A program made the translations under genes and the position numbers. The notes beneath the pieces were generated by a model. The model saw only the letters and a list, made by a program, of their open reading frames with translations. It did not search any database and was not told where the DNA came from. A stretch of 64,000 nt of DNA from NCBI GenBank assembly GCA_051530055.1, contig CM121341.1, positions 434,001 to 498,000 on the forward strand, given 5' to 3'. Source of the DNA: Neoechinorhynchus agilis. Lineage: Eukaryota; Animalia; Acanthocephala. Each line of letters opens with the position of its first letter. Within the stretch, counting starts at the first letter, position 1. Shown here in pieces: positions 12,240 to 24,200 of this stretch.

Positions 12240-12640
12240 AAAACACCACCTCCCGCCAAATTCCAGCTTTTGTCCTTCCTCGACCGTCGCCATCACGCTG
12301 GCAGCATTGCCTCGTTGTACTGCCAGCGAGATATTTTGTCGAAGGAATACGCCTGCTCTTGAGTCTCCGGTTGCCTTTCTCAATTTCTTCGAGAGATCCT
12401 GGAGCAGAGTGCCGAGCGCTCCATACGTCTCTACCCCAAAGGGGAATTTTCCTCCCTTCCGCTGCACTGGCGGCACCACCGGCGATTTCGAGGGAGTAGC
12501 GGATGTTACTGGCTGCGAGGGACGTGGCGTCCCAGAGAAGGCATTTGCCCTGCCGCCACGGGAAGACCGAAATTCCATCGGGCCTACGGCCGTCTAGTCT
12601 ACAGAGGTGGGCGGGTTCCTGGATGTTGGGGAACATTTCT
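12240..12640 (-). mobile_element. CRE-like non-LTR retrotransposon, 3' fragment (restriction-like endonuclease region), frameshifted
   Basis: EPAHLCRLDGRRPDGISVFPWRQGKCLLWDAT, then in another frame FPFGVETYGALG and FLRQNISLAVQRGNAASV. Confidence 0.85.
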
Positions 12641-14039
12641 ATTTATTAGTGTTGTAAACGCTATCGATCAATTTCGTACGTCAAAGTATTATTGATTGAA
12701 CCTTTTTTTGTTTAGGAGGTCGCTTGTCACAAGCAACATCCGACAATCGCGTTAAAGAATGTGAATATTTCGATTGAATCGATTTCGTAGACCAGTGCCA
12801 CTTCTTTTAACGAGAGAGCGCATTCGTCGGAACGCAAAACGACAATTTGATCCAGCACAACTTTTAAAACGCGGATGAAATTTCGACGGATGATACAAGA
12901 AAGATCAAATCGATCATTGAAGAAGCAGGTTTAACTCGTGCCACTTGAAGAAACACGATTTACTATTCCTACTTGGATTGTCCATGTTACTTACCGTCAA
13001 GATTCTTGAAATATTCACTTTCACTAATGACGCACAGACGACTCTTCGAACTTACGAACCTACCCAACCGGATGTTCTCATCCGAACGAACCGTCCTCGA
13101 TTGGATATTCCCATCCTAACGGATACGCTTTTTTTGAACAACTGTGAACTTGAATGCTTATTGCAAACCCCTATTCTTTTTCTCTATATTCTGAACAATA
13201 AACGTGTTATTATAGAGTAGACGCTCAATTCGATAATAGCTACTGTCAAGAAAGCACCGAGAGACAGACTTAATACTTGAGAGATATTTTCTAATGATGA
13301 ACGATCCCTCATTATGACTTAATATAATGGGATCATATCAAAGTTCAACTCTTGAAGAGTTAATTGCTGGAATTCTGTCATGTGTCCACTGAACACAAGA
13401 AGGTATCATCAACCGGTTCCAGTTGATTTTATATAAATTCTTCAACTACTATGCAAGCAAATCATCAACCAACTCTTTATGAACCTTAATTGTGATCGAA
13501 CACCGTGCCTTTCTTGGGAATACATTGGAATTGTGCCATCGCTCATTGAACAATTCAAAACACAAAACGTCTCAGTTCATCAGCATCTAACTCCAATGGA
13601 TTTTTGCTCAAACACTGATCATCCTCATTCATGGAATTCATCAAAGGCAGCAAGCAAAGGGTAAACGTTTCGAACTTCCATTCTGACATGATCATCTCTG
13701 TTATTCCTAGACTTTTTGACGTGTCTTCAGAAAAGGGGTCATCATCATCAGTTCTAACTCCAGCTTTTTATAACTGATAATGAACCCGATGAAGTCCGAA
13801 ATGTTTTTAAAAAAAATTGTTTAGCACGTGAAGACCTAAATAACACACTTCTCTCCTCGCACATCGACTACATTTAAAGAATTTTGCTTGAGAAAGGACA
13901 ATAATTTAAATCTTAATTTTTTACCATGCGCTAATTTAATTGGCGTTCTTAAAAACAATTTTTATTTTTAAAATCAGTTTTTACTTTTTCGGATTCCCAA
14001 AACTGGCATTTTTAGAAACCCATCCGCCTGTATCCCTTT

Positions 14040-15008
14040 TCACAGTACAATCATTTTAACTTTTCGTCCTCTCTTGGTCTTCAATCTCTTGGCTCTTTTA
14101 CGATTACAATGAACTTTCAACTGTCGTTTATTCTCTACTAAATTGCGTTGATCCATTTTTACGCGGTCTTTTTGCATTGCAAGAGCTTTGTTTCTTTGTA
14201 CATCTGCAAATAATAATTTGGATTTCCGTTCCTTATACTGAAATTCGTTAATATTCTTCAACATTCGATCGAACGGATTTAACCCTTGTTTTTCAGTCTG
14301 ATAATCAAAACACGATTGGTTTTCATCATACGATTCTTCAGATAAGAACATTCCGGGATTTTCTTTGAGATGTACCACAATCGGATGTTGTATAATTTCC
14401 CGAAGCTCGTCACTGCCAACTGTAGTGCCTAATTCCTCTTTCATATAAGCTAGACAAATTTTGTCGTCAGGATCAATATCGATATCAGGTCCAAGCCCGC
14501 TCATTGAGTTTATAGATTGATAAATCGCCGTACTTTCCGCCACTGGAACGAAGAATCCCGGTTCAATGTTTTCCAGAAAACCTGACGTCTCATTGCGATG
14601 ATTGATATTATCTAAACTGCCCATTCCACTGCGTCTCGTACTTCTACGTCTATGATCACTGGGTTTTTCAAGCCTTATTTTCTTTGATTCTGGTCTAGCC
14701 TTATTTTTAGCATCACATTTTTTGTTCATAATTCGACATTTTTCATCGAGATGTATTTTTCTCTTTAGTCCGCAATTGAGATTGTGGCGCTCTCTGGATT
14801 CGCGTATCTTCATTTTTGAATCCCGTTTCTCTTCAAATTTGCATTTCATATTCTTTTTCTGAGTATAAATTTTACAAGTGTCGACTTCTTTTTGTTGCTC
14901 GCCATTCTTTTTTCTTTTTGGCTCGACGTATCCCCAATCCGCAGCTTTGCATATACTGTTATTGTGTCCAACTCGTTTTCGGTTTTTCCTTTTCCTTAGA
15001 TCGTTCAT
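14040..15008 (-). CDS. Uncharacterised Lys/Arg-rich protein, apparently intronless
   Basis: 354-codon stop-free frame in AT-rich DNA. Likely start MNDLRKRKNRKR. No family motif recognised. Confidence 0.55.
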   Translation of the reverse strand: MNDLRKRKNRKRVGHNNSICKAADWGYVEPKRKKNGEQQKEVDTCKIYTQKKNMKCKFEEKRDSKMKIRESRERHNLNCGLKRKIHLDEKCRIMNKKCDAKNKARPESKKIRLEKPSDHRRRSTRRSGMGSLDNINHRNETSGFLENIEPGFFVPVAESTAIYQSINSMSGLGPDIDIDPDDKICLAYMKEELGTTVGSDELREIIQHPIVVHLKENPGMFLSEESYDENQSCFDYQTEKQGLNPFDRMLKNINEFQYKERKSKLLFADVQRNKALAMQKDRVKMDQRNLVENKRQLKVHCNRKRAKRLKTKRGRKVKMIVL

Positions 15009-15971
15009 TGTAGTGATGAATTGAGTATTTGCTAATGTTATCCAAGTAAGTTGGTCTGAAAGAGCTTTGGTGAAAATATGAGTGATGGGGAATTGGCTCT
15101 TCACAGTACGGGTATCTATAATCCGTTTATATAAGACTAATCAGTGCAGCCAATCAGAATCAAGGCAGTGCTAAACTCAATCTAGACACTTACAGTTGAT
15201 GGTCTGTCAATTTGTAAAACTAAACCTATAAATTTTTATTATTTATTAAATGCGTGGCTCAGCCGGTGACATTTATCAGCTTAAATGAAGTTATCAATAC
15301 ACGACTGATTTCTTGGGTATACAACCCAACAATTTGGTCGATCAGATAAAAGATGGTTTCGTTGCTGATATAAGAAATTTGTGTTAATCTAAATACCGCT
15401 GTCTTAATGCATTCATCTTCTATAAAGAAAGACAAATTAATGGATATCTTAAAGATGTAATCAAGAATATACGCCGTATATTACTGTAATTAAGATCCAT
15501 TAGTGGTACGCTTCTATTCATCATTCATTCATGCTGGCACATAGCAAAATCAATGAGTACCAGGCCTCCATTCATTTTAATCTAGACATCATGCAGCTCG
15601 ATTTTTATCGGTTCACAGTGCAAAAATTGTTTGTCGTAATTCGATGAGGCGCATTTGGAAACCGTTAATCTAATGTATGTTGGCCCCTAAAATCTAAATT
15701 ATACGCTTGGAAAAATAACATTTCCCAAAGATTATGTCATCTTTGATGTTATCATAATTTTGAAATTAACACAAATCACCCAAATACGATTGCGGAGAGC
15801 AACTTGTTCCTTGAAGTTTCAAGAGCTCGTGAAGTTTCGAAAAAGGCGGAAGAGAAGACCGAAAAATGGGAGAAATATAAATACCTCGATCCTTCGCTCT
15901 ACATTTTCTAAACCTCTCGCCATTGAGAAAATTGTTGCCGTCGAACCAAGCATCGCAAATTTTTTAACTAA

Positions 15972-18900
15972 CGATATGTGAGGTTCCGGGAAATGTGATT
16001 AGAATTATTGTTTAGGTCTTCACCCGGTAAATGATTACTTATTTAAGACGTTCTACGAACCTTGTCTGAAACAAACTTAGAACAATAATAATCAATGTCG
16101 ATATGTGAGGTTCCGGGAAATGTGATTAGAATTATTGTTTAGGTCTTCACCTTGTAAATGATTACTTATTTAAGACGTTCTACGAACCTTGTCTGAAACA
16201 AACTTACAACAATAATAATCAATGTCGATATGTGAGGTTTCGGGAAATGTGATTAGAATTATTGTTTAGGTCTTCACCCGGTAAATGATTATTTATTTAA
16301 GACGTTCTACGAACCTTGTCTGAAACAAACTTACAACAATAATAATCAATGTCGATATGTGAGGTTCCGGGAAATGTGATTAGAATTATTGTTTAGGTCT
16401 TCACCCGGTAAATGATTATTTATTTAAGACGTTCTACGAACCTTGTCTGAAACAAACAACAATAATAATCAATGTCGATATGTGAGGTTCCGGGAAATGT
16501 GATTAGAATTATTGTTTAGGTCTTCACCCGGTAAATGATTATTTATTTAAGACGTTCTACGAACCTTGTCTGAAACAAACTTACAACAATAATAATCAAT
16601 GTCGATATGTGAGGTTCCGGGAAATGTGATTAGAATTATTGTTTAGGTCTTCACCCGGTAAATGATTACTTATTTAAGACGTTCTACGAACCTTGTCTGA
16701 AACAAACTTACAACAATAATAATCAATGTCGATATGTGAGGTTCCGGGAAATGTGATTAGAATTATTGTTTAGGTCTTCACCCGGTAAATGATTATTTAT
16801 TTAAGACGTTCTACGAACCTTGTCTGAAACAAACTTACAACAATAATAATCAATGTCGATATGTGAGGTTCCGGGAAATGTGATTAGAATTATTGTTTAG
16901 GTCTTCACCCGGTAAATGATTATTTATTTAAGACGTTCTACGAACCTTGTCTGAAACAAACTTACAACAATAATAATCAATGTCGATATGTGAGGTTCCG
17001 GGAAATGTGATTAGAATTATTGTTTAGGTCTTCACCCGGTAAATGATTATTTATTTAAGACGTTCTACGAACCTTGTCTGAAACAAACTTACAACAATAA
17101 TAATCAATGTCGATATGTGAGGTTCCGGGAAATGTGATTAGAATTATTGTTTAGGTCTTCACCCGGTAAATGATTACTTATTTAAGACGTTCTACGAACC
17201 TTGTCTGAAACAAACTTACAACAATAATAATCAATGTCGATATGTGAGGTTCCGGGAAATGTGATTAGAATTATTGTTTAGGTCTTCACCCGGTAAATGA
17301 TTATTTATTTAAGACGTTCTACGAACCTTGTCTGAAACAAACTTACAACAATAATAATCAATGTCGATATGTGAGGTTCCGGGAAATGTGATTAGAATTA
17401 TTGTTTAGGTCTTCACCCGGTAAATGATTATTTTTTAAGACGTTCTACGAACCTTGTCTGAAACAAACAACAATAATAATCAATGTCGATATGTGAGGTT
17501 CCGGGAAATGTGATTAGAATTATTGTTTAGGTCTTCACCTTGTAAATGATTATTTATTTAAGACGTTCTACGAACCTTGTCTGAAACAAACTTACAACAA
17601 TAATAATCAATGTCGATATGTGAGGTTCCGGGAAATGTGATTAGAATTATTGTTTAGGTCTTCACCTTGTAAATGATTATTTATTTAAGACGTTCTACGA
17701 ACCTTGTCTGAAACAAACTTACAACAATAATAATCAATGTCGATATGTGAGGTTCCGGGAAATGTGATTAGAATTATTGTTTAGGTCTTCACCCGGTAAA
17801 TGATTACTTATTTAAGACGTTCTACGAACCTTGTCTGAAACAAACTTACAACAATAATAATCAATGTCGATATGTGAGGTTCCGGGAAATGTGATTAGAA
17901 TTATTGTTTAGGTCTTCACCCGGTAAATGATTATTTATTTAAGACGTTCTACGAACCTTGTCTGAAACAAACTTACAACAATAATAATCAATGTCGATAT
18001 GTGAGGTTCCGGGAAATGTGATTAGAATTATTGTTTAGGTCTTCACCCGGTAAATGATTACTTATTTAAGACGTTCTACGAACCTTGTCTGAAACAAACT
18101 TACAACAATAATAATCAATGTCGATATGTGAGGTTCCGGGAAATGTGATTAGAATTATTGTTTAGGTCTTCACCCGGTAAATGATTATTTATTTAAGACG
18201 TTCTACGAACCTTGTCTGAAACAAACTTACAACAATAATAATCAATGTCGATATGTGAGGTTCCGGGAAATGTGATTAGAATTATTGTTTAGGTCTTCAC
18301 CCGGTAAATGATTACTTATTTAAGACGTTCTACGAACCTTGTCTGAAACAAACTTACAACAATAATAATCAATGTCGATATGTGAGGTTCCGGGAAATGT
18401 GATTAGAATTATTGTTTAGGTCTTCACCCGGTAAATGATTACTTATTTAAGACGTTCTACGAACCTTGTCTGAAACAAACTTACAACAATAATAATCAAT
18501 GTCGATATGTGAGGTTCCGGGAAATGTGATTAGAATTATTGTTTAGGTCTTCACCCGGTAAATGATTACTTATTTAAGACGTTCTACGAACCTTGTCTGA
18601 AACAAACTTACAACAATAATAATCAATGTCGATATGTGAGGTTCCGGGAAATGTGATTAGAATTATTGTTTAGGTCTTCACGGAAATGATTACTTTTAAG
18701 ACGTTCTACGAACCTTGTCTGAAACAAACAACAATAATAATCAATGTCGATATGTGAGGTTCCGGGAAATGTGATTAGAATTATTGTTTAGGTCTTCACC
18801 CGGTAAATGATTATTTATTTAAGACGTTCTACGAACCTTGTCTGAAACAAACAACAATAATAATCAATGTCGATATGTGAGGTTCCGGGAAATGTGATTA

Positions 18901-20214
18901 GAATTATTGTTTAGGTCTTCACCCGGTAAATGATTATTTATTTAAGACGTTCTACGAACCTTGTCTGAAACAAACTTACAACAATAATAATCAATGTCGA
19001 TATGTGAGGTTCCGGGAAATGTGATTAGAATTATTGTTTAGGTCTTCACCTTGTAAATGATTATTTATTTAAGACGTTCTACGAACCTTGTCTGAAACAA
19101 ACTTACAACAATAATAATCAATGTCGATATGTGAGGTTCCGGGAAATGTGATTAGAATTATTGTTTAGGTCTTCACCCGGTAAATGATTATTTATTTAAG
19201 ACGTTCTACGAACCTTGTCTGAAACAAACTTACAACAATAATAATCAATGTCGATATGTGAGGTTCCGGGAAATGTGATTAGAATTATTGTTTAGGTCTT
19301 CACCCGGTAAATGATTACTTATTTAAGACGTTCTACGAACCTTGTCTGAAACAAACTTACAACAATAATAATCAATGTCGATATGTGAGGTTCCGGGAAA
19401 TGTGATTAGAATTATTGTTTAGGTCTTCACCCGGTAAATGATTATTTATTTAAGACGTTCTACGAACCTTGTCTGAAACAAACTTACAACAATAATAATC
19501 AATGTCGATATGTGAGGTTTCGGGAAATGTGATTAGAATTATTGTTTAGGTCTTCACCCGGTAAATGATTATTTATTTAAGACGTTCTACGAACCTTGTC
19601 TGAAACAAACTTACAACAATAATAATCAATGTCGATATGTGAGGTTCCGGGAAATGTGATTAGAATTATTGTTTAGGTCTTCACCTTGTAAATGATTATT
19701 TATTTAAGACGTTCTACGAACCTTGTCTGAAACAAACTTACAACAATAATAATCAATGTCGATATGTGAGGTTTCGGGAAATGTGATTAGAATTATTGTT
19801 TAGGTCTTCACCCGGTAAATGATTATTTATTTAAGACGTTCTACGAACCTTGTCTGAAACAAACTTACAACAATAATAATCAATGTCGATATGTGAGGTT
19901 CCGGGAAATGTGATTAGAATTATTGTTTAGGTCTTCACCTTGTAAATGATTATTTATTTAAGACGTTCTACGAACCTTGTCTGAAACAAACTTACAACAA
20001 TAATAATCAATGTCGATATGTGAGGTTCCGGGAAATGTGATTAGAATTATTGTTTAGGTCTTCACCTTGTAAATGATTATTTATTTAAGACGTTCTACGA
20101 ACCTTGTCTGAAACAAACTTACAACAATAATAATCAATGTCGATATGTGAGGTTTCGGGAAATGTGATTAGAATTATTGTTTAGGTCTTCACCCGGTAAA
20201 TGATTACTTATTTA
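15972..20214. repeat. Satellite array 3, 127-bp unit, about 33 copies
   Basis: CGATATGTGAGG recurs at 15972, 16099 and onward. A few recurrent variants (CCCGG/CCTTG, TTACTT/TTATTT, 3-bp deletion). Confidence 0.98.
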
Positions 20215-20287
20215 CGAAGAAGTTGTTGAAACGAAGCTATAAATAGCTCGGAATAGCGACCTTTCAAGGAGCTATTTATTTGATATT

Positions 20288-20557
20288 TTACAAGACGGTA
20301 TCTTTGCCTTGCTCGAGTGCTGAATGTTCTTGAATACGCAAAGCTACTCGCCTCACAAGCGAAGAAAACATATGAGCGCAGTTGTCAACACAACTCTCTT
20401 CATTTCTCGTAAGACTCTTCGATTTCATCGATTTGATACAATCCGTAAAACATGTCTGAGAAACTTCGTTGCAGAAAATCATTAATCCTTGAATTTGTTT
20501 AGACAAAATGAACTGGTTCGCATTAGAATCTGCAGTGGGCATCGAAGGCTGCTGCAT
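20288..20557 (-). CDS. Mitochondrial small Tim chaperone, Tim9-like
   Basis: 89 aa with twin CX3C motif (QTCFTDC...ESCVDNC) and a Tim9-like tail RVALRIQE. Confidence 0.85.
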   Translation of the reverse strand: MQQPSMPTADSNANQFILSKQIQGLMIFCNEVSQTCFTDCIKSMKSKSLTRNEESCVDNCAHMFSSLVRRVALRIQEHSALEQGKDTVL

Positions 20558-21260
20558 CTAAAATTGATTAGATACAATGGATTCCTTCACTAAAATAATC
20601 ATACAAATTACCAACTAAAATCACAACGCCCCTTTAAATCAGTCAGAGCGTACACAAAATAAGATGATTTCTCTGGGCTTTAGTCCTTTCTACTCGTCCA
20701 AAAGTCAGCAAATCTACAATTAAAAGCTTACAATTTTTTACGGTCTTAGCAGAAACGCAACTTTTTTGTTGCATTCCTGATAAAACCAAATGAAAAATAG
20801 CCCATATCAAATGCTGGTGATTAAAAAAAATTTCCTCCTAATCTTTTTTAGCAGAAATTCAACTCTGCGAAATCAGGAAAATTTAGCAGTCGAACATCGG
20901 GATAGAATCTTCACGGTCGGTTATCTGGAAGAAGAAAGGTTTCTTCTAATCAAGAGAAATGTGAATTAACGACAGCAACCAAATGCTCCTCTGGTTTTCT
21001 TAATGCCTTACCAATACCGTCGTTCGGTACTAAAATGGATGAGCGCTTCCCAAATCGGCAGCCATTCGTTCTCGTCTCGAATCGGTCGGTTTAAGCAGAG
21101 ATGACGACTAAAGACCGGACGACGTTAAATCCTAGATTTTATCCAACGACGAAATTCGCGGTTGTTGTCCTAAGAAAGTTAAATGGAACTGCATAAATCT
21201 GGAGGTAATAACTTTTTCAGTCAAAAAGGACTTTAGGTTGTGAATCAAAAATAAAAATCC

Positions 21261-24200
21261 TTTATATACACGGCCGAATGGACACACAGTCCACCGATTT
21301 CGGTCTGGAAGCGCTGATCTGCGCTCAATGCACCAAGACCGGACGATTATAAGTTTGTACATCCCGCCGGATTCTAGGATACCTCCCGAGGACGCGGGAC
21401 TCATCATTGAGTTTCCTCTTCCCTTCAGCGGTATTTCGTCCCCTTTGATGTGCATCATTGGCGGTTACGGATTCCAACCCGTTGACCCTTTACTGGAATT
21501 TGGAGCATTAGTCCACTTGACCACCTCGGCACAACTTCGGAATGTACAAACTTCGCCACTTTAGCCTGAATAAGCTTTCCAATTTTTAGAATTTTTTATA
21601 AATGTGGTTCAGCCGGTCGTCTTTTGATTGATATTTTTTATATACACGGCCGAATGGACACACAGTCCACCGATTTCGGTCTGGAAGCGCTGATCTGCGC
21701 TCAATGCACCAAGACCGGACGATTATAAGTTTGTAAATCCCGCCGGTTCTAGGATACCTCCCGAGGACGCGGGACTCATCATTGAGTTTCCTCTTCCCTT
21801 CAGCAGTATTTCGTCCCCTTTGATGTGCATCATTGGCGGTTACGGATTCCAATCCGTTGACCCTTAACTGGAATTTGGAGCATTAGTCAATGACCACCTC
21901 GGCAAAACTTCGGAATGTACAAACTTCGCCACTTTAGCCTGAATAAGCTTTCCAATTTTTAGAATTTTTTATAAATGTGGTTCAGCCGGTCGTCTTTTGA
22001 TTGATATTTTTTATATACACGGCCGAATGGACACACAGTCCACCGATTTCGGTCTGGAAGCGCTGATCTGCGCTCAATGCACCAAGACCGGACGATTATA
22101 AGTTTGTAAATCCCGCCGGATTCTAGGATACCTCCCGAGGACGCGGGACTCATCATTGAGTTTCCTCTTCCCTTCAGCAGTATTTCGTCCCCTTTGATGT
22201 GCATCATTGGCGGTTACGGATTCCAACCGTTGACCCTTAACTGGAATTTGGAGCATTAGTCAACTTGACCACCTCAAAACTTCGGAATGTACAAACTTCG
22301 CCACTTTAGCCTGAATAAGCTTTCCAATTTTTAGAATTTTTTTATAAATGTGGTTCAGCCGGTCGTCTTTTGATTGATATTTTTTATATACACGGCCGAA
22401 TGGACACACAGTCCACCGATTTCGGTCTGGAAGTGCTGATCTGCGCTCAATGTCCCAGGACCGGACGATTATAAGTTTGTAAATCCCGCCGGATTCTAGG
22501 ATACCTCCCGAGGACGCGGGACTCATCATTGAGTTTCCTCTTCCCTTCAGCAGTATTTCGTCCCCTTTGATGTGCATCATTGGCGGTTACGGATTCCAAT
22601 CCGTTGACCCTTAACTGGAATTTGGAGCATTAGTCAACTTGACCACCTCGGCAAAACTTCGGAATGTACAAACTTCGCCACTTTAGCCTGAATAAGCTTT
22701 CCAATTTTTAGAATTTTTTATAAATGTGGTTCAGCCGGTCGTCTTTTGATTGATATTTTTTATATACACGGCCGAATGGACACACAGTCCACCGATTTCG
22801 GTCTGAAGTGCTGATCTGCGCTCAATGTCCCAGGACGGACGATTATAGTTTTAAACCGCCGGATTCTAGGATACCTCCCGAGGACGCGGGACTCATCATT
22901 GAGTTTCCTCTTCCCTTCAGCAGTATTTCGTCCCCTTTGATGTGCATCATTGGCGGTTACGGATTCCAATCCGTTGACCCTTAACTGGAATTTGGAGCAT
23001 TAGTCAACTTGACCACCTCGGCAAAACTTCGGAATGTACAAACTTCGCCACTTTAGCCTGAATAAGCTTTCCAATTTTTAGAATTTTTTATAAATGTGGT
23101 TCAGCCGGTCGTCTTTTGATTGATATTTTTTATATACACGGCCGAATGGACACACAGTCCACCGATTTCGGTCTGGAAGCGCTGATCTGCGCTCAATGCA
23201 CCAAGACCGGACGATTATAAGTTTGTAAATCCCGCCGGATTCTAGGATACCTCCCGAGACGCGGGACTCATCATTGAGTTTCCTCTTCCCTTCAGCAGTA
23301 TTTCGTCCCCTTTGATGTGCATCATTGGCGGTTACGGATTCCAATCCGTTGACCCTTAACTGGAATTTGGAGCATTAGTCAACTTGACCACCTCGGCAAA
23401 ACTTCGGAATGTACAAACTTCGCCACTTTAGCCTGAATAAGCTTTCCAATTTTTAGAATTTTTTATAAATGTGGTTCAGCCGGTCGTCTTTTGATTGATA
23501 TTTTTTATATACACGGCCGAATGGACACACAGTCCACCGATTTCGGTCTGGAAGGCTGATCTGCGCTCAATGCCAGACCGGACGATTATAAGTTTGTAAT
23601 CCCGCCGGATTCTAGGATAAGGCGGGACTCATCATTGAGTTTCCTCCCCTTCAGCTATTTCGTCCCCTTTGATGTGCATCATTGGCGGTTACGGATTCCA
23701 ATCCGTTGACCTTTACTGGAATTTGGAGCATTAGTCAACTTGACCACCTCGGCAAAACTTCGGAATGTACAAACTTCTTAGCCTGATAAGCTTTCCAATT
23801 TTTAGAATTTTTTATAAATGTGGTTCAGCCGGTCGTCTTTTGATTGATATTTTTTATATACACGGCCGAATGGACACACAGTCCACCGATTTCGGTCTGG
23901 AAGCGCTGATCTGCGCTCAATGCCCCAAGACCGGACGATTATAAGTTTGTAAATCCCGCCGGATTCTAGGATACCTCCCGAGGACGCGGGACTCATCATT
24001 GAGTTTCCTCTTCCCTTCAGCAGTATTTCGTCCCCTTTGATGTGCATCATTGGCGGTTACGGATTCCAATCCGTTGACCCTTAACTGGAATTTGGAGCAT
24101 TAGTCAATGACCACCTCGGCAAAACTTCGGAATTACAAACTTCGCCACTTTAGCCTGAATAAGCTTTCCAATTTTTAGAATTTTTTATAAATGTGGTTCA

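Noticed and set aside
13250-13720. Decayed L1/Tx1-like ORF1 on the minus strand
   Set aside because: Only a vague resemblance with several stops; not supportable without a profile search.
14310-14345. Hammerhead-like CTGAAGA-ATC GTAT GAT-GAAA on the minus strand
   Set aside because: It lies within the coding frame (SEESYDEN) and lacks stems I and III. It shows that core matches can arise by chance.
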